Shown here piece after piece: positions 18,156-26,890 of a DNA stretch of 64,000 bases. Source of the DNA: Candidatus Pacearchaeota archaeon (GTDB taxonomy: Archaea; Nanobdellota; Nanobdellia; Pacearchaeales; GW2011-AR1); contig JBBDJR010000004.1 in the NCBI GenBank assembly GCA_040879785.1, positions 14,778-78,777 on the forward strand, written 5' to 3'. Positions within the stretch are counted from its first letter, which is position 1; every line of letters begins with the position of its first letter. The translations under genes were made by a program, and so were the position numbers. The notes beneath the pieces were generated by a model. That model did not search any database. It had not been told where the DNA came from and saw only the letters and a list, made by a program, of their open reading frames with translations.

Positions 18156-20852
18156 ATGGAAAGTTCTTCTTTAAAGACCCAAAGAATAAAAAACGTAATG
18201 TCTATGTACTATGCCAGGAAAGATGTCCAAAAAGCCATATTTGATTTTTCAAAAAACAGAGAGATTGCACCTAGTTTTATGATGGAGAGCTTTGGAAAAA
18301 GACCTGACTCTTTTCAATATCAGGGAGATATATTTAGCCTGGTAAAAAAAGGGGCGACTTCATTTCACGGAAGCCAAGAACTCTGGAAAGACCCTCTTGA
18401 AATTTCTACAGACCACGACAGAAAACAACTCAATGAAATAAGAATAGGGTGGGACCTTCTATTTGATATAGACAGCAAATATCTCGACTATAGTAAAGTT
18501 CTTGTAAAAATAATAATAAAAATCCTTAATTTTTATTGTATTAAAAATATTGGAATAAAATTTAGCGTTTCAGGAGATACTCCTATATTGATAAAATGTG
18601 ATAATGAAATTTCTCTTATTTCAATAAAGGAAGCAATAGATCTTATAAAAAAAGGAAAAAAATTAGAAGTTTTATCCCTCGATAAAGAAAGGAAACTTAC
18701 GTTTTCAAAGATATATGATTTCTTAGAGCATGAAGATACTCTTTATGAATTAAAACATTCTCAAAGCACAATTCCTCTAAAGGCAACAGGGCATCACTCA
18801 GTTTTTGTATGGGATAAAGGAGATATCATTCAGAAAAAAGTTACAGAGCTGAAAAAAAGAGATTTTTTGGTTTCCTATCATTCTGAGAAAAATCCGTTCT
18901 CAGAAAAAAACCTAAAGATAACTCATAAGTTTGAATTAGGAAGAAACCAGTTCTCTAAAGAAATAATAAAAAAAGATATAAAAATAACTAATGAACTTGC
19001 CCGTTTAATAGGGTATTTTTTAGCAGAGGGTCATGTCACAAATACAATTAATCAGGTTGGATTTTCTTTTAATAAAAATGAAGAAGAATACATAAACGAT
19101 GTTAAAAATATCTTAGAAAAAATTACAAACAAGAAGATCTCAATAAGACATCCAAACCCCAACTCAACTCAAATATTAGTTCATTCCAAAGAATGGGCTG
19201 AATTCTTTGATAATTTTTGCGGAAAGAAAAAAGATAAACACGTGCCTCCTTTCATGTTTAAGTCTTCTAAAGAATTGTTTTTAGAAATGTTAAAAGGATA
19301 TATAAGAGGAGACGGATACAAAATAGGAGAATATGGAGTTGTTGCTAAGTCAGTTTCAAAAAGATTAGTCACCGAAATTGTTTGGCTTTGTGAGCTAAAT
19401 GGTATATCCTGCAATATGTCGTCCGAGAAAAATAAGCCTCATCTTTTGCCCCAAGGGAATTTGTTCAAAGGAAGTTTGGTATATATGTTAAGAATCCCTA
19501 AATCAGAACTTGTAGATTTGGAATTTAATCGCGGCAGGAACGGCTTTTCTCCCTATCCTGGAAGCAAGATCTTCCCAACAGACGGATTGAAGTCTGTTTA
19601 TTCCCAGATCAGGCCAAAAATGTTCAATCTACATCGGGCAGAGCAAATGACCCTTTCAAAAAAACGGGCAAATTTAAATAGGATCAGAAAAGTTTTAGAT
19701 TGGTTTTATAAATTTAAAAGTGTAGAACCTGACAAAGATTCCAGAAAGATTTTACTTAACTATGAAAAATTGTTTAATTCAGATATGTCCATTACAGAGA
19801 TTAAAGATATAACCAAAAAAAATAAGGCTCTTGTTTATGATGTTTCTGTGGAGGGGACCGAATCTTTCTTTGGGAATTTTTACCCTATTTTATTACATAA
19901 CTCAGGAAGCAAAGGATTCCATATAATTATTCCATGGAAGGCGTTCCCAAAAGAAATAAACGGAGTAAAGACTTCAGACATGTTCCCTGAATGGCCGAGA
20001 ATCATCACACAATTTATAATGAGTGTTTCAAATAATGAGCTCATAAAAGAGGTAACAGACCTCACAAAAGAGAGCCAGGGTACAAGCAAATACGTAAAAG
20101 ACTTTGAAGCTCCGAAGGAAGTAATCCCTGATTTAGTCCTTGTTTCCCCAAGACATTTATTTAGAATGCCCTATAGCCTCCACGAAAAAACAGCTCTTGC
20201 CAGTGTGGTTTTAAATCCGATTCCCGAAGAAATTGAGAACTTCCAGCCAAAAGATGCAGACCCTCTTAAAGTTAAAATAAAGAATTTCATTCCTGATTCA
20301 GAAGAAGGTGAGGCAACAGAACTTCTTAGAGAAGCTCTTGACTGGCACAAAAACCAGAATCCCGAAGAATCCGGAGAGATAAAAGAAAGAATGGAATTCA
20401 AACCAGCGAAGATATCAGAGATTTCTAAAGAGATGATTCCTCCATCAATAAAGAAGATTCTTGAAGGCGTTAGGGACGGAAGAAAACGTTCATTATTTAT
20501 TATTCTAAATTTCTTCAGGTCTATCGGAATGGATAAAGAAGAGATTGAGTCACGAGTATCGGAATGGAATGAAAAAAACGAGGTCCCTTTAAAACAAGGT
20601 TATATAAAATCTCAGCTCATATGGAGCTACAGAAACAAAGTAGTTCCTCCCCCAAACTACGATAAAGATTATTATAAGGGGATTGGCGTAACGCCGACGG
20701 AAGAAGAATTTAGATACAAGAATCCTGTTAATTATATTACGAGAAAGTCTGCACAGAAAAAGGCCAAAGAAATAGCTGAAAAGAAAAGAACTGGCAGAGT
20801 CAAAAAGAAAAACATATCTAAGAACAAAGATAATTTTAAAAATAAGGATTAA
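18156..20852 (+). CDS. priS: DNA primase catalytic subunit PriS containing a LAGLIDADG intein, with a C-terminal extension
   Basis: AEP motif I GWDLLFDIDSK. Motif II SGSKGFHIIIP forms after splicing. Motif III DLVLVSPRHLFRMPYSLHEK. The N-terminus aligns with archaeal PriS. Confidence 0.7.
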   Translation: MESSSLKTQRIKNVMSMYYARKDVQKAIFDFSKNREIAPSFMMESFGKRPDSFQYQGDIFSLVKKGATSFHGSQELWKDPLEISTDHDRKQLNEIRIGWDLLFDIDSKYLDYSKVLVKIIIKILNFYCIKNIGIKFSVSGDTPILIKCDNEISLISIKEAIDLIKKGKKLEVLSLDKERKLTFSKIYDFLEHEDTLYELKHSQSTIPLKATGHHSVFVWDKGDIIQKKVTELKKRDFLVSYHSEKNPFSEKNLKITHKFELGRNQFSKEIIKKDIKITNELARLIGYFLAEGHVTNTINQVGFSFNKNEEEYINDVKNILEKITNKKISIRHPNPNSTQILVHSKEWAEFFDNFCGKKKDKHVPPFMFKSSKELFLEMLKGYIRGDGYKIGEYGVVAKSVSKRLVTEIVWLCELNGISCNMSSEKNKPHLLPQGNLFKGSLVYMLRIPKSELVDLEFNRGRNGFSPYPGSKIFPTDGLKSVYSQIRPKMFNLHRAEQMTLSKKRANLNRIRKVLDWFYKFKSVEPDKDSRKILLNYEKLFNSDMSITEIKDITKKNKALVYDVSVEGTESFFGNFYPILLHNSGSKGFHIIIPWKAFPKEINGVKTSDMFPEWPRIITQFIMSVSNNELIKEVTDLTKESQGTSKYVKDFEAPKEVIPDLVLVSPRHLFRMPYSLHEKTALASVVLNPIPEEIENFQPKDADPLKVKIKNFIPDSEEGEATELLREALDWHKNQNPEESGEIKERMEFKPAKISEISKEMIPPSIKKILEGVRDGRKRSLFIILNFFRSIGMDKEEIESRVSEWNEKNEVPLKQGYIKSQLIWSYRNKVVPPPNYDKDYYKGIGVTPTEEEFRYKNPVNYITRKSAQKKAKEIAEKKRTGRVKKKNISKNKDNFKNKD
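18564..19901 (+). mobile_element. Intein (446 aa) with LAGLIDADG homing-endonuclease domain inside priS
   Basis: Starts with SVSGDTPIL (block A, Ser1). HE blocks LARLIGYFLAEGHV and LKGYIRGDGYK. Ends with ...ILLHN, followed by the extein Ser. Confidence 0.65.
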
Positions 20853-20863
20853 CTATAAATATA

Positions 20864-22825
20864 ATGGAAAAGAGGCGTGTTAATTTTGAAAAGAAAGGTA
20901 TTGCAATTTTGCTTTCCTTTTTTCTTGTATTATTAATTTTCTCGTTTGTTCAGGCACAGGATGCCGACGGAGAAGATGAAGAAACAGAAGAAGACCCTAT
21001 CGACATGGCATATTCCTGTCTTGAGGAAAACGTAGTGGACAAATGCTCCGCCCTTACAACAGAACAGAAAGTGTTTTCTTTATTGGCTATCAACCAGTGT
21101 GAGGAAGAACTAATTGAGGAATCTTCTAACAAAGGAGAGTGCTGGCCGTCTGGAAATTGTGACGTAGAAATAACCTCAAAAGCTGTCCTTGCCCTGAACC
21201 ATGTTGGGGCCAACACTACTTCTGCACAGGAATGGCTTAAATCAAAAAGCGAGCCTACAGAAGGTCTTGATTGGTTTATCCAGATTGAAAGCGGAGAAAC
21301 GTCATGTACCCTAACAGACGATAATGGTTATGAATACAATATAAATTTAATGGAAGATAAAACTATTGAAACAGATGACAATACAGCTGCCTGGCCCGGG
21401 CTTGAAATATCTGATGAAGGATACTGGCTTAAAGTCCTCCCTAAGTTTTACGGCAGAGATTTTAAAATAACCTGCGACGAGGGTTTCCAAACAAACTTAT
21501 TATTTAGGAAATCTGATGATCCGGGAACAATTCATGTTTTCCCTGATTTTTCCGAGAGAAGTGGAGGAGATTCTTCCAATGAAACAGTTGAATCTTCTTG
21601 TTTTGAAGAAAGGGACGGTTGCAGTTACTCAGGAGGTCTTTGGGCGGCACTTGTTCTTGACTTGCTTGAAGAGGACGTTTCTTCTTACCTTCCTTACCTA
21701 ATAACATTTAAGGAGGACAATCCGAGTCTTCTTCCAGATTCTTTCCTTTATTCCATAACTTCCGGAGATGATTACAAGGATTCTCTTCTTTCAGAACAAT
21801 CACAAAATAGATGGGATGTTTCCGGAGACGAATATTATGACACGGCTCTCGCGCTTTACCCTTTGTCAGACAATTCCCTAAGAGAGAAGGAGGATTCAAA
21901 AGAGTGGCTTCTTGAAGAGCAGGATGCTGACGGGTGCTGGCAGGGAGGAAATATAAGAAATACTGCGTTTGTGCTTGAGTCCGTATGGCCGAGGGATTTT
22001 ATAGGCAGTTCTGGTTCCGGCTCTGAAAACGGAGGAGACTCTACAATCTATTGTGAGGGTGCAGGGAATTATTGCGTTTCTTCATCAGGAGAGTGTTCAG
22101 GAGAGGTCATTGGCGACCAGGTTTGCCCGGGCTCATTTTCACCTGTTTGTTGTAGTCAGCCTCGGGAACAAAAAACCTGTTCTGATATTATTAATGAGCA
22201 CGGAGGAGATGGAGATGTTTGTTCTTCGTCGAGCCAAAGCTGTCAGGGCAGTCAAACCAGTGACGCTTCAGACTTAGGAGCTGGAGAAGTTTGCTGTTAT
22301 GGTGAAGGAGCATTTTGTAAGGATATTCCAGAACAGGAAGTTTCTGAATGTGAAGAGCAGGGAGGAGAGTGTAGAAGTTCTTGCTTTAGGGGCGAAGAAG
22401 AAGATTCACAATATTCATGTTCTCTAGAAAGTCAGGTCTGTTGTATGTCTTCTAGTTCTGATGAGGATGAAGGAAATGAAGAGGGAAATTTAATGTGGGT
22501 TTGGATTTTAGGGACACTTATAGTTCTTGTAGTAATTGGGATAATATTTAAAGATAAACTAAGAGAGTTCTGGCTAAAAATAAAATCTAAGTTTGGAGGT
22601 TCTAAATCTGGATCGGGAAGAGGAAGTCACGGCCCGGGAAGACCTCCGGGCAGACCCGGACCTCCACCACACTATCCAAGACCAAGAAGACCATCTTCAG
22701 AGAGGAGAGTTCTTCCAAGACCTCAGCCTCAACAATCCAGGCCCTCACCAAGACCAGAAAGAAAATCCGGGGCAAGCAAGGAATTAGACGACGTTCTTAA
22801 AAAACTGAAGGAGATGGGGAAGTAA
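20864..22825 (+). CDS. Membrane-anchored secreted protein with prenyltransferase/terpene-cyclase-like repeats, Cys-rich stalk and Pro/Arg-rich cytoplasmic tail
   Basis: Signal peptide. Repeats with QxxDGxW (EQDADGCWQGG, SQNRWDVSGDEYYDTALAL). Cys-rich region. TM helix LMWVWILGTLIVLVVIGIIF. Tail RPPGRPGPPPHYPRPRRP. Confidence 0.5.
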   Translation: MEKRRVNFEKKGIAILLSFFLVLLIFSFVQAQDADGEDEETEEDPIDMAYSCLEENVVDKCSALTTEQKVFSLLAINQCEEELIEESSNKGECWPSGNCDVEITSKAVLALNHVGANTTSAQEWLKSKSEPTEGLDWFIQIESGETSCTLTDDNGYEYNINLMEDKTIETDDNTAAWPGLEISDEGYWLKVLPKFYGRDFKITCDEGFQTNLLFRKSDDPGTIHVFPDFSERSGGDSSNETVESSCFEERDGCSYSGGLWAALVLDLLEEDVSSYLPYLITFKEDNPSLLPDSFLYSITSGDDYKDSLLSEQSQNRWDVSGDEYYDTALALYPLSDNSLREKEDSKEWLLEEQDADGCWQGGNIRNTAFVLESVWPRDFIGSSGSGSENGGDSTIYCEGAGNYCVSSSGECSGEVIGDQVCPGSFSPVCCSQPREQKTCSDIINEHGGDGDVCSSSSQSCQGSQTSDASDLGAGEVCCYGEGAFCKDIPEQEVSECEEQGGECRSSCFRGEEEDSQYSCSLESQVCCMSSSSDEDEGNEEGNLMWVWILGTLIVLVVIGIIFKDKLREFWLKIKSKFGGSKSGSGRGSHGPGRPPGRPGPPPHYPRPRRPSSERRVLPRPQPQQSRPSPRPERKSGASKELDDVLKKLKEMGK

Positions 22826-22861
22826 ATAAAAATTTATTAACCCCCCTTTTCTATTGTAATT

Positions 22862-24202
22862 ATGAGAAAAAATAAAGAGGCATTCCTTTTTTTAGGAATA
22901 TTCGTTTTGTTGGCTTTCGCGGGTTCGTTGATTGTTAAAGATATAAGCATTACAGGCATGGCAACTTCCGAATTCCTTAAAGATTCCGATGAGTTTGACC
23001 AGGGAGAGACATTAATTGCGGAGATTTCGGGGAATTTTATAGACCAAATCACTCACGACAATGTTCATTTTTTTGAGGACCATGTAGGAATTCCAATGAT
23101 ACATGATGTAAAAAAAATAGAAGAAAGTTTTTTTATTTATGCCCAGCTTAAAGACAAATCTGCAGGGAATTATTCTTTTGTCATCAGTGATGTGAGGTAT
23201 ATGTTGGGGGCGGAAACAACCGACGAAGATATTGTGGTTCCTTTCAAGATTACAGAGAACACAGCAGATTTTTATGTTTCGCCGGGCTTTATTACAACTC
23301 GCGATGACTTTGACCTCGAGTTTCAGAATTTGAAATCAGATAGGATAACAATCTCGATAGAGCATTCTGATTTACTTGAATCACAGAATTCTTTAGAGTT
23401 GATTTCAGGAGAGATAGAAGAAATAAATTTCCAGAGAACAGAGAAATCCCAGGATTCAGAATATCATTTTGAAAAGATAACCTTGAGTTCCGGAGATACT
23501 TCTTATGAAGTTCCTGTTTTGCTTGAGCCTTTTGACGGAGCGGTTGACGAGGAGCAGGAGACGGAAGACCCTGAAGAAACAGAAGAGAAGCTTGATTTTA
23601 GGTTTGAGCCGAATTCTGCCAACGTGTCAATAGCTACAGAATCAGATTCAAAAAGAATAATCTATCTCCTAAACACCGGCGAAGACTTAATTGAAAATAT
23701 CTCAATCTCTGTTTCCCCTTCTCTAGATGATTATGTTAATGTCTCTCCTTCTGAAATTCTTATGTTAAGTGAAGGCTCCAGACAAAAAATTGAGATCTCT
23801 ATAATTTCAGGAGAAGACGAAGAGAGTTTAGAAGGAAAAATTAATGCCCTTTCAAAGAATCTCACAACTTCCTTTACCTTTAACCTAGATTTTGTAATAG
23901 ATTTTATTCCCGAGGATGAAGAAGAAAATGAAACTGGAACAGAAATAATCACCACTTGTGAACAGCTCGGCGGAAATATCTGCGGAAGCGGGGAGAGTTG
24001 CACCGGAGAAACAACTTCTGCTAAAGATGGAACTTGCTGTCTTGAACCCGCTATTTGTGAAGAAGACGAAGAATCAAACACTGGAAGAATTGTGGGATGG
24101 AGCATTGTCATTGTAGTTATCATCCTGCTTGCCTGGTTTTTCCTTAAATATAAAAAAGCCAGACCGAAGGCAGACATTCTTTCAAGGGGAAGGAAGAGGT
24201 AG
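22862..24202 (+). CDS. Surface protein with C-terminal Cys-rich stalk and TM anchor
   Basis: Signal peptide. Acidic. C-terminal TCEQLGGNICGSGESC...GTCCLEP, then the TM helix IVGWSIVIVVIILLAWFFL and a basic tail. Confidence 0.5.
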   Translation: MRKNKEAFLFLGIFVLLAFAGSLIVKDISITGMATSEFLKDSDEFDQGETLIAEISGNFIDQITHDNVHFFEDHVGIPMIHDVKKIEESFFIYAQLKDKSAGNYSFVISDVRYMLGAETTDEDIVVPFKITENTADFYVSPGFITTRDDFDLEFQNLKSDRITISIEHSDLLESQNSLELISGEIEEINFQRTEKSQDSEYHFEKITLSSGDTSYEVPVLLEPFDGAVDEEQETEDPEETEEKLDFRFEPNSANVSIATESDSKRIIYLLNTGEDLIENISISVSPSLDDYVNVSPSEILMLSEGSRQKIEISIISGEDEESLEGKINALSKNLTTSFTFNLDFVIDFIPEDEEENETGTEIITTCEQLGGNICGSGESCTGETTSAKDGTCCLEPAICEEDEESNTGRIVGWSIVIVVIILLAWFFLKYKKARPKADILSRGRKR

Positions 24203-24214
24203 TTGAAATGATAA

Positions 24215-24796
24215 TTACTTCTTAGAAGACTTCTTTTTAGCAGTTTTTTTCTTGGATTTTTCTTTGTTCTTTTTTTCCGGGCTTTTTTGAATTTCTTGTA
24301 TTTTATTCTGTTCCTGTTGCTCTTGTCCTGGTTGTTGAATCTGGGCTACTGGACTGACTTCTTTAGGAATTTCTCCTCCGAGTTCTTTAATCTTCCTAAA
24401 AAGAATCTGCTTTTCTACTTGCATCACTCTTGCTATTTCATCATATCTATGAAGCTTAAATATAAGATCGTTTAAAATTTCATTAATCCTGTCGTTGGAT
24501 ACCATAAGAATTTCGGGAGAGATTATTTCTATGTTCGCAGGCATATATTTAAACATCAATTTTGAAAGATACGGAATCTCCTCAACTTCAATTTCAACTT
24601 CAGCGAAAGTCGTATAGAGCTCTTTCTGATCCTTCATTAAAACAGGCTCTTTTATATCCTTAGACAAAACATCCACTTTCTTTTCATTTCCTAAATCATT
24701 TATCATATTCTCAAGAGTTTCTATAAGATGGTTCGCAGGCCTGCCTATAATATCAAGAATCATTACCGCTCTTATCTTAACATCATCTGAACTCAT
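24215..24796 (-). CDS. Hypothetical protein with K-rich C-terminal tail (operonic with comEA-like)
   Basis: 193 aa. Its start overlaps the comEA-like stop. No confident domain; a possible small alpha/beta fold. Confidence 0.35.
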   Translation of the reverse strand: MSSDDVKIRAVMILDIIGRPANHLIETLENMINDLGNEKKVDVLSKDIKEPVLMKDQKELYTTFAEVEIEVEEIPYLSKLMFKYMPANIEIISPEILMVSNDRINEILNDLIFKLHRYDEIARVMQVEKQILFRKIKELGGEIPKEVSPVAQIQQPGQEQQEQNKIQEIQKSPEKKNKEKSKKKTAKKKSSKK

Positions 24797-25373
24797 TTTT
24801 GTATCTGTTTTTTTGGATAAGGAAAAGTATTCCTATAATTATAGAGAATATTATGAATCCGTAAACCGCATATCCTCTACCTGATTTTGAAAAATCCTCG
24901 TCGCTTTTTATATCTTTTGGGTTAAGGTTTATTGGCTCAGATATTTCTGTGTTTGTTTGCACGGCTTTCCCTGTGCCGGATGAATCCATTTCCTCAGAGT
25001 TAACTTCTCCATGTTTGGTTTGTGTTAATTCATAGTCGTCTTCATCTGAGGGTTCCTTTTCATTATCCACACTCTCGTTCTCTTCTTTACTTTCGTTGTT
25101 GGAAACGCACGCACCTTCATCTTTCATGTCTTGAAGTGTTGCAGGACCGATTCCGTTAACATTTATTAAATCATCAACCTCTTCAAAAGGATTGTTTGTT
25201 CTGTAATCAATTATCGACTGGGATTTAACAGGACCAATCCCTGTAAACTCCTGAAGCTTTTCTTTAGAAGCGGTATTAACATCAATCTCCCCTTCTCCAC
25301 ATTGTGCAGGAATAAGAGGAATCACTAATAAAACCGAGATAAATATGAACCAGTAGAGAGTTCCAGTCTTCAT
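24783..25373 (-). CDS. comEA: ComEA-like extracellular DNA-binding protein (tandem HhH), membrane anchored
   Basis: Signal peptide. IDVNTASKEKLQEFTGIGPVKSQSIIDYRTNNPFEEVDDLINVNGIGPATLQDMKD is a classic ComEA HhH pair. C-terminal TM helix. Confidence 0.7.
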   Translation of the reverse strand: MKTGTLYWFIFISVLLVIPLIPAQCGEGEIDVNTASKEKLQEFTGIGPVKSQSIIDYRTNNPFEEVDDLINVNGIGPATLQDMKDEGACVSNNESKEENESVDNEKEPSDEDDYELTQTKHGEVNSEEMDSSGTGKAVQTNTEISEPINLNPKDIKSDEDFSKSGRGYAVYGFIIFSIIIGILFLIQKNRYKNEFR

Positions 25374-25397
25374 GAAAACCAGAGGGAGTTATTAAAT

Positions 25398-25877
25398 TTA
25401 AAGTTTATTGTGATTGTATTTCTCTTCAAAATCAACATATTCAATCTCTCCGCGTTTTTTTCCTTTTTTTGCTATGAGAATCTGGGAGAAAATTTTACTT
25501 TCAATCAGCCAAGTGCACATAGCTCTTTCAACTTTGTCCAAATACCCGTTAGCTTTAACCTCGAGACCGACCACATCATATTTTCCGTTTTCATCTCTTC
25601 TGAAACACACAAAGTCAGGGAATCCTGTTCCAATTCCAAGAGGGACCATTCTTTTTATTTTCGGATTGAATACAAATTTTGGCCTTGTTGCAGTAAGTTT
25701 CCATATCCCTCCATCTTTTTCTTGCTCAACAGTATTCATCCATTTTGAAACGATCCATCCCATATCTTCTGCCTTGGCCCGGACACGAGCCTCAAAACGC
25801 GCGCCCGCCGCCCGACTTTTCTTTCCGCGAACAGAGTTCTTCTTTTTGATCTTTTCCTTAGCCGCCTCTTTTTTCAT
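25398..25877 (-). CDS. PD-(D/E)xK nuclease, Hjc / VRR-NUC-like
   Basis: GARFEARV...GFPDFVCFRR...YDVVGLEVKANGYLDKVERAMCTWL gives the E, PD and ExK motifs. Basic N-terminal extension. Confidence 0.5.
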   Translation of the reverse strand: MKKEAAKEKIKKKNSVRGKKSRAAGARFEARVRAKAEDMGWIVSKWMNTVEQEKDGGIWKLTATRPKFVFNPKIKRMVPLGIGTGFPDFVCFRRDENGKYDVVGLEVKANGYLDKVERAMCTWLIESKIFSQILIAKKGKKRGEIEYVDFEEKYNHNKL

Positions 25878-25916
25878 AATATTAAAAATTTCCAGAACTA
25901 TAAAAACCTAACTTTA

Positions 25917-26078
25917 TTATGAGTTAAATCTGTTAAAAATCATCCCTATAGCAATTATCCCGATAATCACGGGAATCCACGGGAGATTAATACTATAATA
26001 TCCCATATCTTCAAAGAACCAGACTATTGCAAATATTAAAATAATAACTGCCAGAACCGGAAACCTTGGGTTTGTCAT
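25917..26078 (-). CDS. Small (53-aa) membrane protein, below the ORF-track size cut-off
   Basis: Reverse translation gives MTNPRFPVLAVIILIFAIVWFFEDMGYYSINLPWIPVIIGIIAIGMIFNRFNS, i.e. two TM helices. Confidence 0.25.
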   Translation of the reverse strand: MTNPRFPVLAVIILIFAIVWFFEDMGYYSINLPWIPVIIGIIAIGMIFNRFNS

Positions 26079-26110
26079 AAAAAACGAAAGACACAGAGGT
26101 TTTTATATTT

Positions 26111-26305
26111 TTACAAATCACGAGCCTGAAGAGTTCGTCTTGAATTTGCTTTAGCTCTTTTTATTCCGTCCCTCAAAACTTCTTCAACTTTTCTTTCAAG
26201 AGCAATCCCAACTTCCTCGGCAACGCTTGATATAGCACCTTCTTTGTCCAGTTCCTTTACAACATTCCGTATGTTTGACTTAACTACTAACGCCATTTTA
26301 TTCAC
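26111..26305 (-). CDS. Histone-fold protein (DUF1931-like)
   Basis: 64 aa. ...VAEEVGIALERKVEEVLRDGIKRAKANSRRTLQARDL resembles the histone-fold C-terminal helix pattern (AKHAGRKTI.A.DI). Confidence 0.5.
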   Translation of the reverse strand: MNKMALVVKSNIRNVVKELDKEGAISSVAEEVGIALERKVEEVLRDGIKRAKANSRRTLQARDL

Positions 26306-26889
26306 TCCAATCCCACATCATCTTTTATCTTTTTAATTCCTTCGATAGCTGTTCCAAAAAACTCATCTAACTCCAGACCAAGTTTTTCACACTCACGGAT
26401 AATTTCTCGGTCAATTTTTGCCGCGAAGGTTTTGTCCTTAAACTTTTTCTTTAGACCTTTAGCTTTCATGTCAGAAACTCTTCCGTCGCGCATTAAGGCA
26501 TATGCATGCACAAGGCCCGTTATTGTTTCAGAGGTAGCGAGGGCATGCTGAACTTTCTCCGTCCTCTTTTTTTCTGCTAAGTGAGGCAACTCTTCAAATC
26601 CGTATCCGTGACTCAAAACAATCTGAATAAACTCGTCATCAAATCCTGCTTCTTTTAGAATTTCAGGAGCCTTTGTTAAATGTGTTTCAACATTTTCTTT
26701 TGTAAGCCCCCAATCAATATCGTGAACAAGGCCAAGCATTCCCCAATAATTTTCGTCTTCATCAAGTTTTTTTGCTAGTTCTCTCATTACTGCCTCAGAT
26801 TCCAGATAATGAACTAAATCTTTTTCATCGTTGTCGTATTCTTTTACAAGTTTAAGTGCCTGTTCTCTGTTTAGTGGAAGATTAGACAT
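26302..26889 (-). CDS. HD-domain metal-dependent phosphohydrolase
   Basis: LGLVHDIDW ... LSHGYG, the HD motif. Confidence 0.65.
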   Translation of the reverse strand: MSNLPLNREQALKLVKEYDNDEKDLVHYLESEAVMRELAKKLDEDENYWGMLGLVHDIDWGLTKENVETHLTKAPEILKEAGFDDEFIQIVLSHGYGFEELPHLAEKKRTEKVQHALATSETITGLVHAYALMRDGRVSDMKAKGLKKKFKDKTFAAKIDREIIRECEKLGLELDEFFGTAIEGIKKIKDDVGLE

Positions 26890-26890
26890 T

